From: Lama glama
Lineage: Eukaryota
DNA length: 64,000 bases
Assembly (NCBI GenBank): GCA_028534125.1
Contig: CM052816.1
Coordinates: 84,570,001-84,634,000, forward strand
Direction of reading: 5' to 3'
Positions 38,600-50,670 of this stretch are shown piece after piece; position 1 is the stretch's first letter; the number at the start of each line of letters is the position of its first letter. Made by a program: the position numbers and the translations under genes. Under the pieces are notes generated by a model. The model saw only the letters and a program-made list of their open reading frames with translations. It was not told the origin of the DNA and did no database searches.

Positions 38600-39270
38600 A
38601 GCCTTGTTTATGTTAAACCCTTTATTTTATTATTGAGTTTTGATTTTTTTTAAATTCTGAATATTGTCCATAGATAGGAATGCAATTTTTTCAGTTATAC
38701 TCTCCCATCCTGTGATTCTTTTCATTTTCTTAATAGTGATTTTTGAAGAGCAAACTATTTTAATGTTGATAGTCTATTTTGCTTTCATTTTTTAAAATGG
38801 TATTTTCAGTGTCATATTTAAAATATTTTCAATTAACTTCAAGGCACAAATGGTTTTTTTCTTATATTCATTCTAAAAAATTTATAGTTTTAGCTTTTAC
38901 AGTTAGAACAATGATCTATTTTTAGTTAATTTTTGTGTAAGTTGTGTATGTGTTGTTGTTGTGTTGTTCTTGTTTATGTGATTATCTAGAATACTGCAGC
39001 ACCGTTTGTTGAAAAGACTAAATTTTTTTCCCATTAGGTTGCATTCCATTCCATTAAATCTCTATCAATTGAAAAATATATGTAACACTATTTCTAGGCT
39101 CTCTGTTCTCTTTTGTTGATGTATTTCTCTGTACCTGCTTCAACCACATTATTGTAATTAATGAAAAATTACTGTTGGTCTGGGCATTAGATAGTTAACA
39201 ATGTGAAACTTCCAATTCTGTTCTTTTTCAGTATGGTTTTAACTACAGTAATTCATTGTCATTCCTAGAA
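38600..39270 (-). mobile_element. Ancient L1 ORF2 fragment, minus strand
   Basis: T-rich antisense L1 motifs: 'tttatagttttagcttttacagttag', 'gttaatttttgtgtaagttg', 'cagcaccgtttgttgaaaagacta'. Confidence 0.75.
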
Positions 39271-40429
39271 GTTTTAGGTTTTTGCTTTGAAGGAAAGGTG
39301 GGGAGAAGAATATGAGTTCCATAGTGGCTGCTGTTCCCCATAGTCCCAAAGCCTGCAGCAAGAGGTAGACTTTCTCAGGACCTCACAAATTTGGAGTAAA
39401 CACTTGATATTGTCCTTGGAAATGAGCCCAAGAGAGGTTGGAAATTTCTTCAGTGTATATGGCTTTAACAGGTTCTGTAATATTTTCCTAACCACTCTAA
39501 CTGATTAAACATTTTCCAGAATTATTCTTACTGGTGGCCAGTGGCATCTGTCCCAGGTGAGCTAGTACCAGCATCACTCCTCTGTTTAGAAAAACCTGTC
39601 ATTTCTTAGGTTTCTGGTGAGTTGGTCACCCTGTGACCTCAGTTTTTTGATGGATACAAGAAAACTTGAATTTGCAGATCATCCAGTGTTTTTTGTGTGT
39701 TGGTTTGCTTTTGTTGCCATTGTTGTTGAGTGGAAATTATGCTGTTTCAAGCTTTTTTACACCCTATATGGACGCCAAAAGTCACACAGATCTTAAGCCT
39801 TATTTTGAAGATTTTTCAGCATAGCAAGCACATGTTTTCAGAGTTCAGCTCAGTTCTCCTCCTTCTGGTTTAGCTTAGTAGTATAAACCTTCACCCAACA
39901 TAGATCTTCTTATTTGAGCTGATTTTTTCCCTATGATTCCATATAAGACCAATAATGACAACACTATTGAGAGGCATGGGACTACAAGTAGGTAAGTTTT
40001 GAATGAGCTTGGATAAGAAAAAGTTGACTCTGAATGAGGAATGTGGTAATATGGATGGAAAAGAAATGGCGGGTTCAAGGGGCAGAAGAGAGTTATTTTG
40101 ATAATTGATTTACTTATTTCAGAGATATTTAAGGAGCAGATGATGAAAAGGATGCCTTTTTTTTTTCTTTTTTGACAGTGAAAAGTGTGAAAGTCTTACA
40201 GCAAATTATACAAGGGGGTAATAAGTTTAGAAAAGAAAGCAAATAATAGGCATTATTTGAGCTCTTTTTTGTGTGCATGAGCTGAGCTGTTGTCTTTCAG
40301 ATGTATTCTTTTATTTAATCTTCACAATTATCCTTTAAAATATATATTATTTTGCTCACAATGAAATGCAGTTTCAATGAAATTGAGTGGCAGGGATACT
40401 GTGTGGCACAACAGAGAACATGCTCTAAC

Positions 40430-40626
40430 CCAGGATTTCTAACCCTTGGCGCTACTGTTGTAAGGTCAGGTGACTCCTGGGGGCAGCTATCCTGTACACT
40501 GTAGGAACCCTGGCCTCTACTCACTATGTGCTGGTACCTCCCACTCAGTCCTGACAACCAAAAATGACTCGATATTGCCAAAAGTCCCCCAGGGAAGGGG
40601 AGATTTGCCCCATTTGGGGAACTATC
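40430..40626 (+). mobile_element. MER20 hAT DNA transposon remnant
   Basis: 'ctatcctgtacactgtagga..ccctggcctctactcacta...tgacaaccaaaaatgactc..tattgccaaaagtcccc'. Confidence 0.85.
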
Positions 40627-43600
40627 CATCTAATCTCCCTTAATTCAAACCTTGTGCTATTAATAAGTCATATATTGCCTCCTGGAGTTCAGTATGTATC
40701 TTTGAATTTGACATTTAATAGTTGGCGAATATTCCAACTATTCTAACTCTAAATGGAGGCAATAGTATAAAATAGCTTATAAGTATTATTATCAGAAATT
40801 TGGGGAAATTAGTGAAATTGTCTTGGTTTGATGGTAATTTTAATATCTCTAACATATGCCTAATTAGTGATACTAAAAAATTTCACCTAACCCATTTTGT
40901 TTCATATTAGATTTTATTAGCACAATTAAGCTGCTCTTTAAAATCCATAAAAGTCCATCTGTCTGTAGTCTAGAGGCAGGCACATGTTTTTCAAGGTCAT
41001 TTTATAAATTGATAATTAACCTTCTAAATATAGGTACTTCATACTAAAGGCCTTTTGCCATATCTAATTAAAGCAAAGCGGTTGCATTTATATCTCCCAG
41101 AAGATATGTGGCTTACATTTATTTTAGCATTACAGTTAAAATGATTTTTTTTGTTTTTTGTTGAAAACAACATCTGTTAAGATACTAACAATAGTATTTG
41201 TATATCTAATTTAATAAGCTTTTATTAAGCACCCACTTGTCTGAATCAGAGACGTATGGATTCCAAAAGAGATCACACAGAAAAGTACTAACTGGGGAAA
41301 ACAAAGTCAGACAAATGGTAAAAATTCAAACATGAAAGGAAACTCACAGGTCTACTGATGCATGGAAACCAACTTGGTTTAAGATTGAGAAATTAGGACA
41401 CTACAATTAAATACTATTAAGGAAAAATCAGGCAGAAGTTAAAGGAAGATTAATTAGGATGTCTGGGGATGTCTAGTTAGTTGAGCAACACAGTGACATA
41501 GATTACCATGCAAGGATTAAAACCAGGATATTCAGTAATACGTTTATTGTTGTTTGGCTATTAAGTAATAAAACAAGGGTCTAGTTACTGGAGAACTGAT
41601 GGAATATAGTTCAACTATAATAGGCCACAGTACAAAGAACACACTTTATTCTTTTGAACTTTTAAAGTTGAAATGCCTTTGTAGTCAGGTGTCTGTATAT
41701 TTTAATTGAAGGTCCAATACAAATTGATAACTGCAGGAACTTGGGAGAGTCTTAGCAAACTTGGGCACAATTAATAATTATGCCAGTTCTGTAGTACAAT
41801 AAGTAAGACATATGATAAAAATCCATAAAATCCTATGACAGTTTGTAATATACTAACCATGTTTAAATACATCCTTGAGTGTAATTTTTTTCAAAATGGC
41901 CACTTTGAAAATGTACAAGTGCTGTTTCAGAATTGCTTGTTAAAATGTAATTTTGGAGTTACATGCAAAATATGTTTACCATGTTATTTTAAAGTATGAT
42001 TATCTATTTATATATTTAATGCTTCTTTAAAATAGATTTTTGCTAAGTTGGTTACTTATAATTAATCATAATAATAACATAATTATAATTCATTCACTTA
42101 TGAATGCATACATTAATTCTACACACTCTTACTAGTACTATGTTATGGTCATGTGATAAACGCAGTAAGAATATTAAAATAAGACTTAAATTTCCTTTTT
42201 CCACTTTAGAAAAACTAATAGTGTGCTACAAATCCACAGGCAGGGAGCTCTATAGCTTCTAACAGCAGGTGAAAAACATAATGATACTATATTTCAAAAT
42301 CATATTTTAATGAAATGATCCTCAGAAATGTTAATAATGTAAGCAACTTAGTCTTACAGGGTATTCTGCTGACACTAAGTTCAAGACTTTGAGAAACTGT
42401 AATTCTGTATCTTTTAGATTTTTAGCATGATATTGAATATGTATGAAACCCTACCTTATTATTTTGAATTATGTATTGGAAGAATACTCTTAAGATATTT
42501 AAATGTGATTTGCTAACTTAAGAATGATATTACGTGATGAGGAAAATCATGATTCTTAAATTCTGTTGGCCTGGGTTATAATAAGAGCTCCATCAATCTT
42601 AATTACTCTAAAGACTCTGGACAAGGTATTTACCTTCTCCAAACTTCTGATTGCCAATCAAGAAAAAGGTGATCCTTGTGAAAACTAGCTTATAGAGCTG
42701 GTGTAAGGATTAAATATTCCTTTCTCTTAGTAAGTAGTCAAGTGTTTGCTATATTTTTTTACTAAGTAAAAAAGGCAAATGACTGATAAATTTAAGGACC
42801 TTATTCTAAGACCCATCAAAATTTAAACATTTCCTCTTCTGCAGGTTACTCTGTGAATTCAGTTGATATAAACCAAATTTTCAACAACAAATTTGGTTAC
42901 ATTGGGCACAATTCCTCCTTCAGATCCTATGTCACCATTTGAAGTGATTCTCCTCTGAGCAGAGATTCCGTGAGAGGATCTGGTGGTAACACACACTTTG
43001 AGTGCACAGCTCTGTTCCCAGTGAGTATCTGGAGTGGATACAAGCCATGCTTTATTCTGACACCTAAGACCCCTGAAGCAGGGGTCTTATGAAATGCTAA
43101 TTAATTAGAATTCAATAGTGAAGAATGATAATTAGGTACTCCTGGACCGCCTATGGTGTAGAAATTAATTAAATAATAATTTAAAATAATTTCTCACATT
43201 TTCAAAGTGAGGTTGCCATCTTCAGTAACTTACTTCCAACATTGTTGATTGTTTACCATTGCAACTCGTGGTAGAACTGAACACCTTGACATCCAGTTTC
43301 TAAATACCTCAATTTCATCTTCATTACATCCAAAACATGATCTTCCCACGAGATATATATTACTTTCCCCCTCAAATTTACATATTGGGTATTTTAAATT
43401 ATTACTCTAATTTTATTAAATCTATTTTTGTGTTTTTTCTCATTTTGGAAGCTAATATTGGAAAAAGTATGTCTTAACTGTTTTGCATAATAGCTGACAA
43501 AGGACAGTGAGTGATACATAGACCTAACCGATGAAGTCATACAACTGATGAGATATTCGTCTTCTATGAGAAAGAGAAACGGGCTACAGAGTCAGGACAG

Positions 43601-45009
43601 CATGCATCTCAGCTCTGCTCTGTCACCCACTGAACGTTTGCAGGTAGGCCAATTACCAAGTCTTTATACACCTATTTGTACTTAGGTTACCTAGAGTTAA
43701 TAAGTCCTTACATAATGGTCTGCTGGAACCATGTGTATCTGTCTTGAGATAATATTGTATCCTGTCATTGAATTCCAATATTTAAATTGTCAAAAGTAAG
43801 TATTTGCTTTCTTTAGATAATGAAAATGAAAACCTATCATGTGAACACTTTCTAGTGGTATAATTTAGGACCATTCTACAACACGTTTAGCATTTTGTTT
43901 GTAGGGTGTTTAGTTTGTAATTAGATTAGAAAGAATTATTTTTTCTCTACATAAATTACCTAAAGATACAGAATACATAAATTATAAAAGAATAATAGAT
44001 TCAGGACAATATTGTCTCATTATACCACTTATCATATGAAGTCAGATTGCAAATTAAATTACTAGATAAAACTTCTTTAAAGGATTCTCAATATCCCTTC
44101 AAATATTTTTCTAGTAAATTTTCAATTATCTATTATCAAGGAATTATCTATAGATTTATTTAGTACCTGAGAATATTTCTCAAGAACAAGATTATTTTCA
44201 CAGTAAGTATGAAGTAAGAAACACATACACACACAGGAATACATAGAAGCATTTAGTTATGTAATTAACTTTTACAAAAACATAGAAATTTACATGTTTT
44301 GAGATATATGAATCACTTATTGATATTAAAAGTCATGTCACACAAGTTGGTTGTAGAAAAATACAGAAAAATATAAAATTAAAAATTATGGTAAACTGAT
44401 TATACTGAGAAGAAAATACTATACCATGCAATTCATAATATTATATGCAGAAACGATAATGTAATGAATACTACTTTGTAATGTTTTACAATGAAACAAT
44501 GAAAGTGAAATATGTTTGTTATATTTTGTTAAATTATTTTGAATAACTGAATTACAAGGAAATTTTTGTTTAACAAGATATAATAAAACACGTGTTGAGT
44601 ATCATAATTACAATATTATTTTCTTCTTGAAGGTGATGACCTTGATTCAATTATTAGATACCTGATGTTTTTGAAAAATCATAAAATTGAAACAAGTCAA
44701 TGAAAAGCAAGTCCTGATAAATTGATCTTCAAAATGAAGGGGGGAAAATGAGGAACAATCTCAGGTTTTTAGGGGAGTAAGGAGATAGCAAAAATAAGGA
44801 AAGCAGATTAAAAAGACTGAGTCCTTGTTATTTTGAAGGATATGGAGTGAGAAAGAGGCGGCTTGTTTAAGTTCCACTATTAGCGCAGGTGGATGTGTTT
44901 GGAAGGGTTGGTGTGTTACATGAGAGTGCCAGGCACATCTGGTTGAAGTCATGCAATTCTCTTCACTGTAATTATTAACTTCTTATTTGGATAATTGAGT
45001 AGTTTGGAA

Positions 45010-45037
<28 letters not shown>
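45010..45037. repeat. (GT)n microsatellite
   Basis: Perfect dinucleotide run. Confidence 0.97.
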
Positions 45038-45040
<3 letters not shown>

Positions 45041-46418
45041 AATTGCTGCACACTTTGAGAAGTAGAATGTGGAAGTACGTTGAAATTCAGAATAAATCAG
45101 AGTTTACTAGGAGTCGGCTCATCTATAATACTCAGGAAGGAATGAGGAAAATGCTCACTAGCCAGATGCTAGGTGACTCGCACACTTCATTTCCTAAATA
45201 TAAAAATTCAAAATGGCAGGTCTCTTTTATATGTTGGTAAAATCTAAAATATATTTTTTAAATTGTTTTATGGTCAAGCAAGGGATTAAGTCTTCATGAT
45301 TCTCAAATATGAGAGAGCAGACCTTACCATACTCTGTAGGGGAAGGCCATTTGAAAGCTAAAAACATGTCTGTTATTCAAAAGTGTGAATTTATCTAGTA
45401 AAATGTTAATTATATACTATATTTAGATTTTTATTATTTTTTTCTAAATAGAGATAGGCAGCACTGGAGGGACTGAATTGTTAATTAGTAAACATTCACC
45501 ATCTTTCTAAAGCAAGAATGTTATTCCAGATAAGCAAATTAAACCATTATTTTGATTAATCAGTACAAACATGGATAGAGTGGGTAATAAAATTCAAAAT
45601 GTGCTTGAATTTCTAAAACAAATCAAGCAACTTCAAAGACTCTTTGAGTTTATGGAGCATTTATTTATGCTCTTTGGGAGTACAATTTCACTCTCCCCTG
45701 CCATTAGCTGGAAATTAATACATTAATTAATTCAATAAATATATAGTTTCACACAGTGAACATGGCCTTGACTGTAGAATGCTAAAGAAAAGAAATACTG
45801 TTGGTGCTCATGGTCCTTGCAATTTAGTGAAGACCAAGAGTAATTCATCTATTATAGACAAAATATTTTAAAATAGTGAACTTTGGGAAGGAAATAAATG
45901 GTTTCATTGTGACAGAAAATAAGGAGAGGGAATATAATACTTCATACAGATAACATGAGTAGGTAAGACATTACAGGGTTCTCTGTCTCCTCACGGTGTT
46001 TACTTTCTGTTCTTTCATAAATTCTCTTCCACATTGTGTTAGTTACTTTTTGTATTCTACCCGCCCTTGCCTGGAAAGTAACTTCAGATACTGATTTTTT
46101 TTTCCCAGCAGTATAGGACTCTAATGCTCTCTGAGCCCTTTCATGTATAAGAAAGTCTATCTGTCATTTTAAGAACAACAACAACAAAAACATCAGCTAC
46201 AACAAAAAGAATCTTTACTCATTTGCTGAGAATAAAACTATTGGGTAATAACAGTTTCCAAATAAAGCAGAATGAAACTCCCCATTCTTTCAGTATTTGA
46301 TATTGTTTAGGAATCTGAAGCAAACAAATTTTGAATTGACTGGAGAAAATCTCTTTCCTCACTTAAGACTTGTAGGATATATTATGCATTCTTATAGTTC
46401 AACACTTTCCCCTAACAC

Positions 46419-47023
46419 TGTTAGGGGCTGTGTTAGCCTCCTTTTGTGTATCACTTAAATCCTTCTACCCCACTAGCCAATATCGAAGTGACTGGTTCAG
46501 AGCAGATTTTACCTACTTCACAGGTTCACCCTATGCACACATGGCCCCAGTGCCTCTTGCTGCCGGCCTTAGAACTTTTCCATGTGACACAACTACCATT
46601 CACAGGTGAACCGTGTAAATGCCACGCCTGACCAATCAGAGATGCTGGACAAGGATACGGGTCCCCCTTTAATAGCCCGACCCCCATGCAGAGCTCTGAC
46701 ATTCATTTACAAAGCCTCCACAGAATGTCTCACAAGATTAAACTTCGGTTGTCAAATTAGAGACCAACTTTGTAAACCATCCTCCATCACTAATTCTTTT
46801 TTTTTAAATTTCTTTCTCCATTTTATTTTATTTTTTAATGTTTTTTTGGTGAGGGGAGAGGTAATTAGGTTTATTTATTTGTTTATTTATTTATTTTTAA
46901 TGGAGGTACTGGGGATTGAACTCAGGACCTCGTGCATGCTAGGCATGGCATGGGTTCTACCACTGAGGTATATCCCTCTCCTCCCCGTTCCATTTCTGTA
47001 TCCCTCACTCCTGCTCCCTAACA
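46419..47023. mobile_element. Probable solo LTR containing a SINE insertion
   Basis: Termini TGTTAGGG...CCCTAACA are 8-bp inverted ends (TG...CA), there is an internal CCAAT, and GC is higher than in the flanks. No clear TSD. Confidence 0.55.
46797..46986 (-). mobile_element. tRNA-derived SINE of camelid type (vic-1-like)
   Basis: The minus strand shows A-box-like 'tacctcagtgg', B-box 'gagttcaatcc', then 'ccagtacctccatt(aaat)n aaacctaattacctc' and an A-rich tail, a layout I recognise from camelid SINEs. Confidence 0.85.
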
Positions 47024-47734
47024 CTGCTTTGGAAATAAGCTAATTATTTTCAAGCCTCTGATTAGGTTCTACCTTGGGAAAGGAAGGGCTGTCATTGGTC
47101 AAGATAAGGTCTTACTTTAGAAAAGCAGTTTTAATTGAAAAGCACCAAATTTTTCCACCCAGAAATATTTTATTTTATGATTGTTTCTTTTCAATCTTTC
47201 TGGAGACTCTTATCACCATCGTTGGCTGGTGTGCTACATCTTGATAAATTTTACTCATTATAACGTAAGGTAACATCTTTTTAGACCAATGATTAGCTAC
47301 AAACAAAATGAGTTGCACTTTTGTCTACTGCTTGTCGGTTGAGTGGTCTTTCAAATCTAAAAGTGAGGACAAATTCGAGTGAGCATGCCCTTCTTATTTC
47401 TGCTCCCCGGTAGCTCTTCTCCGTTGTAATGGTAATCCTACTTTCCAGTCTTACTACATTTCTCTGTTGCCCTGAACATTATAGCTCCTGAGAAACTATA
47501 ATTTAGCTGATATATTTAACTATCTTTTTTTTTCTGTTTCTAATAGGCTTAGAACTGCAAGCTTTGTTCAAGGTCTTTGAAACTGCACCTCCCATATCCT
47601 ATTGTGCCTTTACTCTTGCTCTTTCTATTTTCACACCCAACTATTTTTTTGTGTGTCTAGAATTTCTCTTAGGTGGCTGAACAAGGTTGCTTGCTGATTA
47701 GGACAGACCCAGGACTGTTGGTCTCTCTGTATTG

Positions 47735-47950
47735 GATAAGCACTAAGTCCTTTGCATGCATTATCACACTGAGTCCTTCCACTAATACAAGCCCTGTTTT
47801 ACAGCTGAGGAAACTGAGCCACAACAAAGCTAAATAATGTGCCTCCATGTCACACAGCTAATAAAAGGTAGATCTCTGAATTAAGTAACATAATTTGAAT
47901 TCTAAATTCAAAGAGTCTGATTCCAGAGTTTATATTAATTACCACTTCAA
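47735..47950 (-). mobile_element. MIR SINE remnant (one of several; others near 0.9, 1.3, 3.9, 19.1, 20.5, 21.6, 40.3, 42.6, 43.6 and 63.8 kb)
   Basis: MIR core 'ttttacagctgaggaaactgagccacaacaaagctaaataatgtgcc...gtcacacagctaataa'. Confidence 0.8.
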
Positions 47951-50170
47951 CACCTTTCCTCCCTTATCATACTGGGAACATTTATTGAGGACCTAGTGTG
48001 AACCAGGCACCATTTATAACAAATAAGACAATTTATAACAAAATAATTTATAACAAAATTGTTGAAGTCAGATTTACTTAATTTGGCTCATAAGGCCTTC
48101 GATATAGACTGTCTCTCTTTTCAAAGTGATGTATCAACATTTTCACCCTCAGGCTCTACCTTAGACTGCAGTGAACTTATTCAAACTCCGTGTTTCATGC
48201 TTTGCCAAATCCTGGGTCTGGCACATGCTTTTCCTTCAGTGAACTGTGTGGTCCGTTAGATCAGGATCTAGGTATATGTCCAAACCAATAGACCACAATG
48301 CCTGCCACATATGAGGTACTTGTGAGTATTTATTTTTGACAGAATAAATGCCTAACAGCTAAGTTCTCCCTTATTTTCTTGTTCATCCTTCAGGCTTCAG
48401 CTTACGTATTTCCTTCAGAAAGCTTTAAATCACGTGCCCTGGAAGAATCACACATACCCACAAGGGCCTTGCATTTAAGAAAACCAAGTGTTTTGTTGTT
48501 GTCATAGTCGGTTTCTTTCTTTGTACAGTTTTTACTTTTTTATAAATGAACTGTATTTTACCTGGCTGGATCGCAAATGGAAATGTCAGTGGTCAGCCTC
48601 AGTGCCAATCTGCAAGCACAGGATAGTGGGATATACAGATCCAGGCTGATCTAGAAGGGCTGCCCCCTGAGACCCAGGGGACCAGAATCACATGGGTGTT
48701 TGCCCAGTTTTGCCACACCTTCCAGCTTTTCAAAAGAGTCCAGGAAGACAGACCAAAGTCTGTCTCTAATATTAATTTTTAAATGTTGAAAATCTGTTTA
48801 AATTTCAAATAATGTTAGGCCCCTTTTCCAGGTTATAACCTACACCTAAATTATACTAAATGCTTAAATACTCCTTCATATTTAATCCCAGCTGTTCCCT
48901 TTGTAGCTATAGCCTGTGGAATATTTTCTATTATTAATTTCCCCCCTCTTTTATCCTGCTACACTGAAAACTCTGTGAGGATGATACATAGATGGATATC
49001 GGTCTAGATATAGATACCGATATATTCACAAACTTAAACTCAGTGCATAGTGAACAGCGTAGAAACAGCAGATCCTTGATATATGACTCTAAACTGTGAC
49101 GAAAATTTAAAACCTTATATTCTTGCCCATCTAATCCTAAATACATTGTAAATTGATTATATATAAAATATTGGCAGAAAGGCTTGAAGTCTAGTGAACT
49201 GAATTATTTTTATGTGCTAATTCTAGAAAATATATATTTTCCACACAAAATGCAATGGTTCTACTTACATTCACCACTGTCAGTGTGTAATTTACTGCCC
49301 TTCTTAGGCTATAAGCAGCTATGAAAGAATGCAAAAGCCACTCACCCCGCCTCCACCCGCCCTACCCCTGCCCTTAGCTGAATGAATCATTTTGAATTTG
49401 GCTTATTTCTTTTGGCCTAATTTTTGCAAGTGTTAAATTTATAAGCTTAATTATAAACTGTCTTCTACATTACTGAAGTAATTATAAATATTAGAAAAAT
49501 GCAAAGGATCCGCCCAACAAAATTGTGAATTTAAAGAAGTCTGTTTTCTCATGATTTAAATCACTCACACACATAAGTATTTACTCCTAAGCAGTATTCC
49601 AGCTTCTTGGCTCTCTTTGGTTAAACAAAAGGGGTTTCATTAGCTGCTAAGGTGAAGAAGGAATTCACTGTTTTATACCATGAAGTATCGTTACAGCTCC
49701 ACTTCTATTTATGAAATCCTTTATAGCTCCAATCAGTAAAAGATTCTTTCTGGGCAAAGATGGGAATTCTTCCTCTGCCTTAATACAATAGAGCGACATA
49801 ATGGTAGAAAAGAAATAGATAAAGAAATAGATTCAGCCTAGACACAGGAAAAGATATGAAATGAGTAAGCAACAATAGCATAGTTCAGAGCATATAGGAA
49901 AGAGGTCTACCTGTCTCCACAGAAACCATTGATTTGATTTTACTCAGATAATTTTGAGTAGTGACTTAGATAATCTAAAAAGAATAACATACTTTCTGAT
50001 TCAAGGGTATTACTATCCCTGTGCAGAATTCAGTGGAGTCAAGGATTGCCTGTGACATCAAAATAAATGATCAAATTCATTTGAAAGAAATAGTGGAATC
50101 TATCATGGGCTAAAATAAAAACTGTCTACTTAGCTACATTGATTAATTATTTTGTTTCTTTCTATCTATA

Positions 50171-50670
50171 NNNNNNNNNNNNNNNNNNNNNNNNNNNNNN
50201 NNNNNNNNNNNNNNNNNNNNNNNNNNNNNNNNNNNNNNNNNNNNNNNNNNNNNNNNNNNNNNNNNNNNNNNNNNNNNNNNNNNNNNNNNNNNNNNNNNNN
50301 NNNNNNNNNNNNNNNNNNNNNNNNNNNNNNNNNNNNNNNNNNNNNNNNNNNNNNNNNNNNNNNNNNNNNNNNNNNNNNNNNNNNNNNNNNNNNNNNNNNN
50401 NNNNNNNNNNNNNNNNNNNNNNNNNNNNNNNNNNNNNNNNNNNNNNNNNNNNNNNNNNNNNNNNNNNNNNNNNNNNNNNNNNNNNNNNNNNNNNNNNNNN
50501 NNNNNNNNNNNNNNNNNNNNNNNNNNNNNNNNNNNNNNNNNNNNNNNNNNNNNNNNNNNNNNNNNNNNNNNNNNNNNNNNNNNNNNNNNNNNNNNNNNNN
50601 NNNNNNNNNNNNNNNNNNNNNNNNNNNNNNNNNNNNNNNNNNNNNNNNNNNNNNNNNNNNNNNNNNNNNN
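50171..50670. other. Assembly gap (500 N)
   Basis: Run of exactly 500 N. Confidence 0.99.

Noticed and set aside
46900..46986. tRNA gene
   Set aside because: A and B boxes are followed by a SINE body and A tail; no convincing cloverleaf.
48012..48058. Three copies of ATTTATAACAAA
   Set aside because: Short AT-rich slippage duplications with no further structure.
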